A stretch of 64,000 nucleotides of DNA from Lama glama (taxonomy: Eukaryota): NCBI GenBank assembly GCA_028534125.1, contig CM052817.1, positions 19,346,001-19,410,000 on the forward strand, written 5' to 3'. Shown piece after piece: positions 52,268 through 64,000 of this stretch. A program made the position numbers and the translations under genes. Position 1 is the first letter of the stretch; every line of letters begins with the position of its first letter. A model generated the notes under the pieces. It was not told the origin of the DNA, made no database searches, and saw only the letters and a program-made list of their open reading frames with translations.

Positions 52268-54529
52268 GATACTCCTTTTATGCACCCACTGCTATTCAAG
52301 GAATCTAGGTGTCCTACCCCCACCCCCTTTTGTTTTTCCCACTTGTTCACATCTGTGGTCAGCGCAGGGAGGGTTGGTGGGTGATGCGTGCTCACAGACT
52401 GGAGCCAAGTGGCAGGGCAGAGGAAGCAGGGGGCCCTGGCTCTGAGGCAGCTCATCCCTTAAAGACATCAGCTCTGCTCCTTGTTAGGCAGTGGAGGGCC
52501 CCAGCTCTCTCCCCATCCCGGATTACTCTCCCTCTTTATCTAATTTTAGTTACCAATTGACCTTCTCACTGCTCTTTTCTCCAGACCCACTTTTTTAGTC
52601 TCCCTAAGGAAAAAGCCAGAACTGCAATCAATTAATATATTAAAGACATCACTCTCCTACAACATGCTAGTTTGAAGTATTTCATATCTTCCTATGTTTA
52701 GTTCACTAAATATAGTGAAACTCTGGTAAACTCTGTGTCTATGTGTGTGTAACTGCTTATTGTTTTACTGGTTAATACTGTATAAAGAGGAGAATTTAAT
52801 TTGAATTTGCCCAACACGTGAGCTAGGTGGGCTCACACGTTGGTGGCCTGGCTCAACCTGAAAGCTGTGGCATGCTCGAGGTCCAAGCTGAGTCTAACAC
52901 TGAAAGAACAGTGAACAGAACTATGAAGCCAGAAGCAGCACAGACAATCCAGAAATAGGGTCAGCATTCAAGGAGATTCTGTATAAGAGGTTTAACACAG
53001 CAAACTTTATGTGACATTCAGATCATCAACAATCTAAACCAATTCAGAGAAGTTCACCCTGGGATAGATCTGTATGAGCATTTTTTTTAGTGTTATTGAT
53101 ACACTTTCTGTCTTTCGTACAAATCTAGGCCACAAGTTCAAGCAGGCATAAAGTGTGACTTTAACACTGCCTGACAAAAGTGTTTCTATATTAAACTCAA
53201 TTCTGATGGATGGTTAAAAGACAAAAATGTCAGTCACATGGAAATTTCTCTCTTGTGTGTTTGGTTTTCCTTAAAGTCTGAGGGACGGTGCCCCAGGATT
53301 GTGGGTGGGACCATCTGGCCATGATTGGCCATCGATCCACTTCAGGGTCCTCTGAGGTTTACCTGGTCCTGCCTCATCCTTTGTTACATGAAGGTTGCAG
53401 CTATGCTGTCCTTTCTTCCCAAATACGAGATCTCTCTGAATCCAGGTCTAGCAGAGCTCACTTGTTATTCCTCTGGGGACCACTCTGATGCCCCTAGAAA
53501 CTCTCTCGTGGAGCTTAGACCCTCTCTGTCTAGAGGCATCAACCTTAATTACTACCACTCCTTCTCCTACGTCTTTCTGGGCACAGGGTTTTAATCTGCC
53601 TGGAATATACTTTTGAAGTGAAGCATGAGCCACCGTTTACCTTCACTAGACCTACCTGAAGTTCCTCTGCTCCTTCTGTTCCCTTGAGTTTGGCTGAGAC
53701 AGAACATCACTTTTGAGGACGATTCCAGCACGTGGACACTTTGCTTCTCCTTCTCACCCCTGACTGTATCCCCTACTCCAGGGAGTGGGGAAAACCTAAC
53801 TCAGCTTTGTCAGCTCTTCTTCCAAAATTTTTTATTCTTATATCTGGCTCTCAGCGTTAAAATCCAAATGAATGCATGACCAATGTAAGAGAAATATCAA
53901 GAAAAATCTATGCTATGTATTACTTGTATCCACACTGGACCTTGTTGCTTTATGTTTATTTACTTTTTCTTTAAAATGGCCAAACTTTATGGTCATGGTA
54001 AATATTATCAATAATTAACAATCAGAAATAAAGTAATAATACTCACATAGGTCAAGTTGTCACCCAAATCTTGGGAGAAGAACTAGATTAGAACTCAAGT
54101 CTAGTGACAGGTCAGGACTACAGCATGCATAGTAGAAAGAATGTTTCAAATTGTCTTCACATTTTTATTCATATGACAACACTAACAAAAATGCTAAAAA
54201 ACCAACGTGTTCAGTTTCTAACAAATGATCAAATGTACGTATGTTGGCGCAAGAAAACAAGGTGTGTCCTTAACTTGTAAGATAGCCACTGTGTCAGAGA
54301 ATATAAAGAAATTTAGATCTGGAGAAAACTTCATCATACTTACCTGAAGTGTCTTGAGGTCAGTGAGTCCCCTCACAATTGTTTATTATTCCCATTTCTG
54401 ATGTTTGAGGCATGGATGTTATTTCTAACTATAACATGTTTACAAATTCAAATTTTTCAAGTTCAAATAACATGACGAATATTCAACTCTATCAAGATAC
54501 ATCTCATCCTGTTCTGTATACCCTTAGAC

Positions 54530-54690
54530 CATAGTTTCCCAACTTTTGCTTCATACTAGAATTATCTTTGGAGATTTATATTTCCAGAAATATACTGATT
54601 TAATTGGTCTGGGTTAGGACCTAGGATTGGATGACTATAAATTAGCTCTTCTAGGTCAGTCTCAAGTTCAGTCATGGTTGCAAACTATTG
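54530..54690. mobile_element. MER5-type hAT MITE
   Basis: tttcccaacttttgcttcatactagaattatct...ctgatttaattggtctggg...ggttgcaaactattg. Confidence 0.65.
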
Positions 54691-54805
54691 CCTTAAAAAA
54701 TTGTCCCTGTATTAGTCATAATCTACTTCTGTTGTACTTAAACTTCCAGTAGGGTGAACAACACCAGCTCAGTTGCACTGAATGAAACTACATTTGGTTC
54801 CTGAT

Positions 54806-54925
54806 GAATCTCTCTCCCTTTTCTCTCTCTTGGTCTTTCTGTCTCTCTCTCTCTGTCTGTCTGTCTCTCTCTGTGAGCCTGCTGTCCATCTCTCTCTCTG
54901 TCTTTCCCTCTCATCCCTCCCTCTG
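54806..54925. repeat. CT/CTGT-rich low-complexity tract
   Basis: Imperfect (CT)n and (CTGT)n. Confidence 0.85.
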
Positions 54926-56974
54926 TCAGTATCTCTAGTAGGGAAAACAACCTGTGAAGAGTGATGCTCCCCTGCCTCCCAAGTTCAAATATTCCTAATG
55001 CCGAGACTTAAATTCTCTGTCATATTACGAGCGCCTCTCTCACTCTGACTTTTTCATATTCTATTTGGGCACCTGTAAGGAGTGAGTAAGGTGAAGGCTA
55101 TTGTAAAATGAAGTAAACATCATTCTAAATTGATTTTCCTTTCAGAACTCAGAACATCCAGTCCATGCTCCAAGCCTGTGGACCAAAGCTTACTGACATC
55201 CTTTTTAATCTCCAGAGTGATGATATTTCCATGTTCGTTGGGAAGTCGTCCAGAAGAACATGTGGCAATATTGACTTTAGTGAGAGAGTTTATTTCTCTG
55301 CCTATGGGTTGAGTCATTCCATAGACTCAGGTTTGCTCTTACTTCATTGTCAGCCCTCCAGAGCCCAGTAACCTGTGACAGCTGAGTTATTGTGTTCTTT
55401 ATGAAGACTGCTTCTACCATAAGCCCTTACTGCTGTTTTTCTTTGAGCCAATTCTCCTCAAAGCAATTTATCATCTTGTCTACTGAAACTGCTATAGCTC
55501 TCGTATCATTTCATTTATATGTTCCCTATGCAGCAGCCTCTAATGACCATTTAATAATATGGAAGAAGATGCAGACATGTCCTCTGGGCAACACCTTATT
55601 TTAAACAATAGAATAGCTGGTTTACAATTAGAAAAGAATGGAGCATTTCGGCTCTAGCAGTCAGAAAAAATCTCTCACTCAACTGGACTGACTGGTCGTC
55701 TGTCTCTCTGCACATACGTGGCTCTATTGTAGGTACTTGTGTCTAGACTTGCCTCCACCGTTAAACAATCGCACGGTTGCAGCGGGAGTTGGTGTCTTTT
55801 ACATCTTGCTCTTCATGGTAGTACTTGGAAGCGATGTTCCCGAGGCAGAGCTAAATCTGCTGTACAGATAATCTTGCTTTATATTTGAAATCACTGCATA
55901 TTAGACTTATATGCAAGAATACTCTGCCAACACTAAGTAGAATGGCTGGCTTTTAAGAAATATACCCTTAAATAGCAAATATGCAAAGAAGAAAATGGTA
56001 AATCAATTAACATGCTTGTCTTAATGGTTTATGACTAATACATTTTGCCTCTTTGAGTAAGAACTCAAAGGCACGTTACTCAACAGATGCTCATTGATCA
56101 AGTCATTCAAGCAAATATGTGATAACATGTTTACTTTCCCTCAATTCTAATTGTCATCAGGATGTAAGTGTCATCTCTCCCACGTCAAGTACACTTTGGA
56201 GAAATGTACCTGATGTGCATAGGAGACTTTGTGTATGTTTTCTTCTGGGCTTTTGAGGTTAAAAACAGAAATTTACCTTCGTGAGAAAGTACTTGAGATT
56301 TGACATCAGAATGAAGGATAAATTCAAAAGACAAGATCATAAGGCTTGTGGGTAGTGGTTAATCTGGGTATGTTTTTAAATATCAGCGTATCAACTTTCT
56401 ACAAACTAGCCAGACAAAGAGGATGTTGACACTGTCCCTGTTCATAACCTTCAATGGATATGTCTGAGTCATAAAAAATAAACTCTCATTTAAGAATCTT
56501 GCATTTTGAAAATGATTTTATATGACTTCATATGGAGTAGATGGATACGTCATTTCATTTTCTACTAACTAATTAGGTGAACTTCTAATTAACAATGTTC
56601 ATATATACGCTTCTCCTTTCAAGCAAGTCAATTCAACAAATAGCTACTTGTAACTTATGGATACTATGAAGTTACATCAGCCTACCCTGGTTAACAACAA
56701 CAAACATGCCAGATAAAATGACAACATATGATTATCTCTCACAAGGTAGTTTCAGGTAAATTTGCCCTTGTTTATCCTTCCTCCATAAAAAGAATCTCAA
56801 AATCCCTAGAATGTAGCAAAATAGGCCAGCATGCATAAACATTTAATAAATGTTGAGTGAATAAACGTAGAATAAGCCTAATTAAGGCTGAATAAATAGA
56901 CAGATGAACAAATAAATTCATGAAAACAAAATATGGTAATCATGAGACATGCCAATGATACAGAAATAGGCTGT

Positions 56975-57755
56975 ACCACAAATGATAAATGTTGGAGAGG
57001 GTATGGAGAAAAGGGAACCCACCTATACTGTTGGTGGGAATGTAGTTTGGTGCAGCCATTATGGAAATACAGTGTGGAAATTCCGTAAAAAATTAAAAAT
57101 AGTCTTACTATATGATCCAGCAATCTCACTCCTGGATGTATATCTGGAGGGAACTCTAATTCAAAAAGATATATGCACTCCAATATTCATAGCAGCACTA
57201 TCTACAATGGCCAAGACATGGAAACAAGCTAAATATCCATTAACAAATGACAGGATAAAGAAGATGTGGTGTGCATATACAATGGAATACTACTCAGCTA
57301 TAAAAACAGAACAAAATAATGCCATTTGCAGCAACATGGATAGACCTGAAGATCATCATTGTAAGTGAAGTAAGCCAGAAAGAGAAAGAAAAATACCATA
57401 TGATGTCACTTACATGTGGAATCTTAAAAAAAAAAAAAGAGACACAAATGAACTTGTTTACAAAACAGAAACGACTCACAGACATAGAAAACAAACTTAC
57501 AGTTACCGGGGGAAAGGAGGTAGGAAAGGAGTTTGAGATTTGCAGATACTAACTATTATATAGAATAGATAGACAGGTTTCTACTGTATAACACAGGGAA
57601 CTATATTCAATATCTTGTAACTTGTAATGAAAAAGAATATGAAAAGGAATGTATGTATGTATATGTATGACTGAAACATCATGCTATAAACCAGAAATTG
57701 ACACAACATTATAAACTCTATCTTTCAATAGAAAAAGAACACAAAAAAATAAAAT
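56975..57755 (+). mobile_element. Young L1 3' end (frameshifted ORF2 C-terminus plus 3'UTR)
   Basis: ORF 56982-57368 contains [11 protein letters not shown]...[22 protein letters not shown]...IKKMW..YTMEYYSAIK, the C-terminus of L1 ORF2. Confidence 0.95.
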
Positions 57756-57848
57756 AAAGTAGATGAACAAGTTTCTACTGTATAGCACAGGGAACTATAT
57801 TCAATATCTTGTAGTAACTTATAATGAAAAAGAAAATGAAAACAAAAA
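57755..57848 (+). mobile_element. Second, internal L1 3'UTR segment appended after the A-tail
   Basis: gtttctactgtatagcacagggaactatattcaatatcttgtagtaacttataatgaaaaag repeats the segment at about 57565-57645. Confidence 0.85.
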
Positions 57849-60589
57849 GAATGAATGAATGAGTCATATTGAGAAAACAAAAAAGTTAAGGACAAAAAAA
57901 AGAGAAATAGACTTTAAAGCTCTACCTTTCCTGACATTGGATCATACTATCCGCATTAGTCTGTTGTGTAGGTCACAATTTCCATCTCAAGATCTTTTAA
58001 ATAGGTTTCCATTCTTCCTTACAATAAAGTGCTATATGTATTAGCTTTGCATTTTTGCATGAAATTTTCCTTTTGTTGGTAAAAATGGGTTTTACTATTT
58101 TGCCTTTCCTATTTATAGAAACCCATACTTAACTCTACCAATAAAAGTTTCAAGACTTCTTCAAACACCAATGAATTTGCACTGGGGTTGGTATTTTCTC
58201 AGTGAAAACGTTCAGCCAATTCTAATAACATGTCAGTAGAGAGTTTAAATTTGTTCTTCCATATTCTGTATGATAAGTGATGCTAAAGGATGTATTCAAG
58301 AAGGTATGTGGGGTATACAACATGGGCATGATTCTGAAACCAGCTGATCTATAAATGCATTTGCTTTGCAGTTCGAATGTTGCCTGGATGCCTCCAGATG
58401 GATTTAGTGGACATTTTAAATCAGTTCTCTACACTGGTCTATCACTGCCTGGAGAGAAATCATGCAAAAGTTTATACAGTTTGAATCACTAATTTAAATC
58501 GGTTCTGAGAGAACATGTAGATATTTTTTCCACCTGTGCTCTTAAAGTTTCTTCCGTGTTTACTTACAAAATCACATATCACATAGTACTGGACATTTTC
58601 ATTAACATGGATGTCTTCTCTGTTTATCTTAGAAGCAGGGACTAGGTTTATCTAATTCTAAATACACAGGAGACACACATACCCTTGTGCATTGCTGTTC
58701 TTGTTGTTGAGTAAACTCCTTGTTACTTGCTTGACCCATCCGTCTTATAGTTGCTCAGAGGCTAAGAAAGAAAAATGGAAAGAGACGCCAGGTGGCTTTT
58801 AGCATTCTTCTTCCATGCAAAGTCAACACTGTGTTCTGCTTTACTGACATGGAATACTGCTTAACTTATGAACCAGATTTGATGGACAGACATATGTTCA
58901 TAAAATTCACAAAAGTTTGCATGTGTGAATCAAATTGCAGATTTTTTAATTTGCTATTGCCTCTATGATGACATCTTTCCATCCAAAGGCCTTCTTTTGG
59001 ATATCCAAAAAACGATACATGCTTCTCATCTGTGATGCCTTCCTTACCATATTCATGTGGAGCTGAGCATCACAGTAGGTATCTGCAGGTGACACCTAAA
59101 GAGCATCAATCATACTAATTGGCATTTATTTATCTTCTTGTTCTTTTCCACGGCTTGAGTCCTTTGAGACAAGGACTTTGACTCAGCTACTATTGTATGT
59201 ATCACATGCAAAAGAGTGGCTGACCTATTATAGACACCCCATAGGTGACATTAGTACTGAAATCTGCTTATTTTATTATATGCAAGTAATTAGGCAACCT
59301 CTTTCTCTGTGCCTTCTCCATAGGTTACTGCTGCTGTACCAAAGAAGACTCTTACAGAAACCCTGAGATGATAAGCTAGATGTTCCTCTATCAGAGGTTA
59401 CCTCTGCTGCCTTGGGCAACTCATGCATGGGAAAGCATAAATCCTTCCAGCTAGGATCAGATGTATCTCTGTTGGTAGACAAAGCAGCTATTGGTTGAGC
59501 TTCTTTAATTATAAGTGGGTTCTGCAGGATCTATTATTATTGTGGTTATGAATACTAGGTTTTATAAGGGAGCGCAATAATTCTAACAAATTAAAGTGTG
59601 AAATAAAAAGCAGATATAGAAAAATTAGATCTGAGTGTAGAGTGTACACCTGTCTTTGTGACTGAGTACATAAAGGTACCACTTGAAACATTCTGCCCCT
59701 GCAAAACGATTTCAGAGGGATCATTGGGCTGTTTTTGTCTAAGTATGCTCACAGCTGCAGTTAAGGCAGGATGATGGAAATGATCAGCCTCAGGTCTGTA
59801 GCCATTCATCTCGAGCCCAGGATTCCAAGAGTTTGTAGCTATTATTATATCATATCTAGCAATTTACTCAAATGAAATCTTGCAGAAATTCCATATAATG
59901 TTTGAAATACATGAATTTAAGCTGTATAACCACATAGTGCACAGGATGAAAGGTACTGTAAGCTGTGATCTACACTACCTGAGCATTACAAGGTCTGTGT
60001 CAATGAAAAAAATCCATTCATGACTAATGGCTTCAGTTCTGGTATACCAAAGTCATCCTATTATCTACTGGTGATTGAATTGGTGGATAAATGATTTATC
60101 CTAGCTTCAGGGGCAATATATATTGAACTTGAAAATACTAAACTATTCATACATGTAATTTGGTCATCAAAACAAAAACAAAATCATTGCTAACTAGTGC
60201 GAGGTGAAAGAAGATTCTTGAATGGTGTCTCTAATTTGAAAGTATTTAAACATCCCCATGACTGACCAATTTTATATCTATGTATACATGTATGTATACA
60301 TCATGCATTTGATATATTTGCCTAGCATATCATGCTCACAAAATCCATATTTGCTGAATAAAATAAAAGGAATAGAAATGTTATGTGCATGAACTTTATG
60401 TTATTAATGCATTAAATATTAATCTGAAGCCATAGTGCAAAGAGGTTTTCTTCCTGCAAACAGAAATTATTACTTTTTTTACATTTACCTAGTAATTTTG
60501 TGTGCAAGTGTTTTCAGTAAGGATGGTTAGCACCTCTGAGAGAACATTCAATCTGCCTGGCTATCCAAGTAATAGCAAATTGAGGGTAC

Positions 60590-60770
60590 AGATCATAGGA
60601 TCTTAGTCCTGGATGGGAGCTCAGAAATAATTTAGTCTGCATAGATGAGGGCCCTTAGGTCCAGAGCTACTGAATAATTCATGTAAGTTCCCATAATTGC
60701 CTAGTGACAGAGCTGGGATTAGAACCCTTGTCAGCTGACACAGAACCCAGGGCCCTATGTTTCCCCACCA
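60590..60770 (-). mobile_element. MIR SINE fragment
   Basis: atagatgagg...ggtccagag...ctagtgacagagctgggattagaaccc. Confidence 0.7.
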
Positions 60771-61619
60771 ATGACCCCTAGAAAATGACTACCAACATAT
60801 CAGCATGACCTTGGCGACTTAAAATTCAGTTCTCAGACTATAACATGCTTATGGAAATCGTAATCCAGAGGCTGCCCTAACGTTCATTTTTGTACAGTTA
60901 GCTTTAAAAAATTTGGGGAAATCTGGGGCTGTTCTTAGGAAAGGGACCTGTGAAGGGGGATTTCTGACTTTTCCCAAGGTCCTTAGGTGCCTGGAAGGGG
61001 CATTCTCGGGAGAGACTGATGTGCTATAAGTTTCTGTTCTATCACCGGCGAGAAGCATGAGAGTTCACGGTCACACGGAACTCAGTGGGGTTATACCTGC
61101 TCCACAAAACAACGAGAGGTACTGAGGAAAGCATTGAGGTATGATGCTTCCCCAGTCTCCAGACCTGCTTTCTTAAGGCAGTGCTAGGGAGTGTGGGCTT
61201 TTAAAGGATCAGCTCTTGTAAGTAGTTTATAGCGTCAAGGTTACCCTAGAAAGCTCAGTGGGTGGGGCACCCTCATCAAGCTGCCTTCCCAGATGTTGCT
61301 AAGAAAAGACTGCCCTGACCAGCTGGCTAGAGGACTCAGGGGATCCATAGACTGTTCAAAGGAGACACCCAGTTGCTTAAGGAAGCAACATCTGGGTTTG
61401 TCACGATGTCAACTTACTAACATGAACTTCAGATTTATTTAAGAAGATACGCTTCTGAAGTTTTACTTTGTCAGTCATCCCAAACAGGGATGCAGTTCTC
61501 ATTTTCTGCCTTGTCTTGTGACTATCAAAAGGGAGAGAAAACTGATTCAGATTATTTGCTACCTTTTTTGGTACTTCAGTTTACTTTCTGCTAAGGGACA
61601 TAGAGATGCAGTCTCGTTC

Positions 61620-61790
61620 AATCATTGCAATGATCTTAAGAAATTTTTAGCAATGCCTTATTTTTGAAAATGTGGAAACAGAGACTGAGATATGGAAATG
61701 GCTAGCCTAAATTCTTTCCAAGAAGCTATGCAGGATTGAAATTCGAAAACAGGTCTGCCCCACTCTAAAGTTCATGCTTTTCCTACTGTA
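61620..61790 (-). mobile_element. MIR SINE fragment
   Basis: ttttgaaaatgtggaaacagagactgaga...attcgaaaacaggtctgccccactctaaagttcatgcttttcctact. Confidence 0.7.
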
Positions 61791-62151
61791 CTGGGTGTTC
61801 CCTCCTATTCTTGTCCTTTTATTCGACATCTACCTGAGAAGACTGAATTACAGTCTCATAAAACTGTGGGGATACTAGCTCTGGTCTTTGAGATGGTACT
61901 CTTCTTACTCAGTTACAAGAGTATAGACACAATATTCCAGATGGGGAGATTGAAAGCAAGGTACGGCTGATAATCCATTGTCTTCCAAGCTCTCAGTGCA
62001 ACTTCAAGTGCAGGAAGAATATCTAAAGAATTTGAAAATGATGACATGACATGCTTCATTTGCTGCTGTAGCTATAAATCGTGGAATACCAAGTGGACAC
62101 TTGGCCAAGACAGAAACAGGGGCATCTTGTCTTGCTCCTTTATACATACAG

Positions 62152-62165
62152 GTTGCTATGGTTAC
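62152..62165. promoter_or_regulatory. RFX X-box motif
   Basis: GTTGCTATGGTTAC, reverse complement GTAACC-AT-AGCAAC, fits the X-box consensus exactly. Confidence 0.4.
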
Positions 62166-62620
62166 AGGAGGTACTGAATTGAGAGGGGCTTGAAGAAGCC
62201 ACTCTAATATTTCAGTTCGTGGGATGTTAGTGAACGTTTCTCTTTCTGGGAACAGGTGGTAGAGTAACACCGTCTAGTGCACAGTGAACACAGTGTGACA
62301 AATAAAATATCGCCAGAGTGATTTTTTTGGTGAAATGTTTCTTCTTCTTTACCTTTTCCTTTGTATTATCCTATAATACAAAAAAGCTAAAGCTGTAAAG
62401 AGGAGAAAGTGTCCTGGCAACTGTGACAGTGTTACTCTCAAGATCACAGAGGGGAGAGTTGAGCTCAGTGGCCTGATTACATCCACAAAGCACTTTCTCT
62501 ACAATTTGCTGCCTCTTCTTTCCTTAAATAGAACCCATAATTAAAACTACTTTGGGTTCACTAAGGTTCACTAAATGGGTCTGAAGCTGGACTTTATAAA
62601 TAAGCTTTTGTTGTTAAAGA

Positions 62621-62661
62621 ATATATATATATATTATATATATAATATATATATATATATA
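62621..62661. repeat. (TA)n microsatellite forming a 38-bp perfect palindrome
   Basis: TA run with symmetric TT and AA interruptions. Confidence 0.9.
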
Positions 62662-63430
62662 GCATTTCTATACCTCATCTGGGGATAGAATCAGACAGCT
62701 GTTTTTTGTCCTTCCTTGTATTGAAATCAAACTTCCAAGCTTTGTATACAGTCAGATAATAGCTATATCGGAATAATTGTATTTTCTTTTAATTAAAAAA
62801 AAATCACCTATTCTAACCACTAGCATGCTGATTACAACAGTCGGGAAAATGGTGACATCTGACCTGCCCTTATCAATGTCCCAGCCAATTAAGAGGATTA
62901 ATGCATTTCTTGTAGACATCAGGCACGTGCCTATGGGAAGCAATGGTTATTGTTTTGAAAACTAAAGGGCTATAGGACACTGTCACAAGATAAAGTCTGT
63001 GTATGAACAGAAGAAATAGGTTTATTTAATTTAAACACCATCCTGATTTGTATTTCAAAATAAACAAGATGGTCTTTGGAAGAAAGCAACAAAATGTTTG
63101 TAGGGGAAAATAGCATTTAGAGAAAAATGTAAATTATGCCATTTCTGAAAAGTAAGTGCATCATTTGATGCAATCTGAAGTGACCATTTCACTTATCTGC
63201 ATACGTTGTTTCATAAAATATATGGCTCCCAGATTTTATAAAATAAAAATTTTTTAAAGGATGATAATTGAAGGAAAATTTGATCCTTCTAACCCCAGCT
63301 AATTTGACAGCCTTATTAAAACTGAGGTCTCTAATGAACAGTCTAGATAGATAAAATCAGAGCACACTGGGTGCAAAATATTCCTGTTAGAGTATAAGCA
63401 CATGTACTTCAGAAACACAAGGTGTCCCTC

Positions 63431-63574
63431 TTTTTTTTTTAGTTCATTTTTGGGGGGTGGGGAGGTAATTGGGTTTATTATTTAATTATTCATTTTATGG
63501 AGGTACTGGGGGATTGAACCCAGGACCTCGTGCATGCTAAGCATGTGCTCTACCACTGAGCTATACCCTCTCCC
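63431..63574 (-). mobile_element. tRNA-Ala-derived SINE (Vic-1 type)
   Basis: Reverse complement gggtatagctcagtggtagagcacatgcttagcatgcacgaggtcctgggttcaatcccccagtacctcc plus tail. 18-bp TSD caaggtgtYcctcttttt at 63418-63435 and 63577-63594. Confidence 0.95.
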
Positions 63575-63689
63575 ACCAAGGTGTTCCTCTTTTTCACTCT
63601 TCCAGTTCCAGCACCCAGAAGAGGGACTTTTGTTTTATCTCCCCGACACCCTCTACTCTTTATTTTCCTTTAAAAACTGTTTCTTTCTT

Positions 63690-64000
63690 GGCTACACAGA
63701 ATGGGAAAATTCACTGAACTCATCTCTCCATGGTCCAAGGGATGGTCATATGACTCAAGACCAACTAGACTTCTTCCCTACGATTTTAAATTCTGTAATA
63801 AAAAGAATAGGAGATTTTCTTTGAAGGTGAAAAGCCGTTAGAATAAAAGAAAAAGACACCTACTGCCATAATTTTTGATGTTCAGAAGACATCCACACAC
63901 ATAAAGAGAACACAAAGCTGGTATGTGAAGTAGAGAGAAGAGACAGCCTGAACTAAAGCCAAGTGCTAACTTCCAGTCAGCCCTCAGTGCTGCTCATCCT
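63690..64000 (+). mobile_element. Old MaLR LTR (MLT1J/K-like), possibly cut off by the window end
   Basis: ggtccaagggatggtcatatgactcaagaccaa...agagaagagacagcctga. Confidence 0.5.

Noticed and set aside
53290..53800. Possible LTR (similar GC-richer blocks at about 42660-43070 and 60850-61390)
   Set aside because: No identifiable family motifs, termini or TSDs
55100..55600. Possible decayed retroviral env-like coding remnant on the minus strand
   Set aside because: Only a vague impression from broken translations, with no diagnostic motif. A Dfam or tBLASTx search would be needed.
63495..63574. tRNA-Ala(AGC) gene (also at 9772 and 52149)
   Set aside because: The tRNA-unrelated tail, A-rich end and TSDs show these are SINEs, and the acceptor stem is altered
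1..64000. The short six-frame ORFs as genes
   Set aside because: All are 136 aa or shorter, many begin at non-ATG codons and are compositionally biased. The only recognisable similarity is to decayed L1 ORF2. This is the expected background for mammalian noncoding DNA.
1..64000. CRISPR arrays, operons, prokaryotic defence systems, rRNA or snRNA genes
   Set aside because: The sequence is eukaryotic and rich in mammalian repeats. I saw no repeat-spacer array or recognisable structural RNA gene.

Overview
This is AT-rich, CpG-depleted mammalian genomic DNA, either intergenic or deep intronic. It is most likely camelid (alpaca, llama or camel): it carries three tRNA-Ala-derived SINEs of the camelid Vic-1 type, and I saw no Alu, Bov-tA/BovB, PRE-1 or CAN SINEs. 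No protein-coding gene is recognisable. The only ORFs resembling a known protein are decayed LINE-1 ORF2 C-termini. Most of the recognisable sequence is interspersed repeats: about seven young L1 3' ends, an old L1M, L2 and MIR fragments, MaLR/ERVL solo LTRs, hAT MITEs and microsatellites. I found no evidence for a new biological system. The best leads are (1) two minus-strand exon candidates near 51.0-51.3 kb, joined by a 135-nt intron with a perfect TACTAAC branch point, (2) several plus-strand exon, microexon and recursive-splice-site candidates, (3) an old L1M with an internal inversion and nested younger insertions, and (4) enhancer-like motif clusters, including two exact RFX X-boxes. 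Repeat families were assigned by eye from remembered consensus sequences, and their boundaries are approximate.
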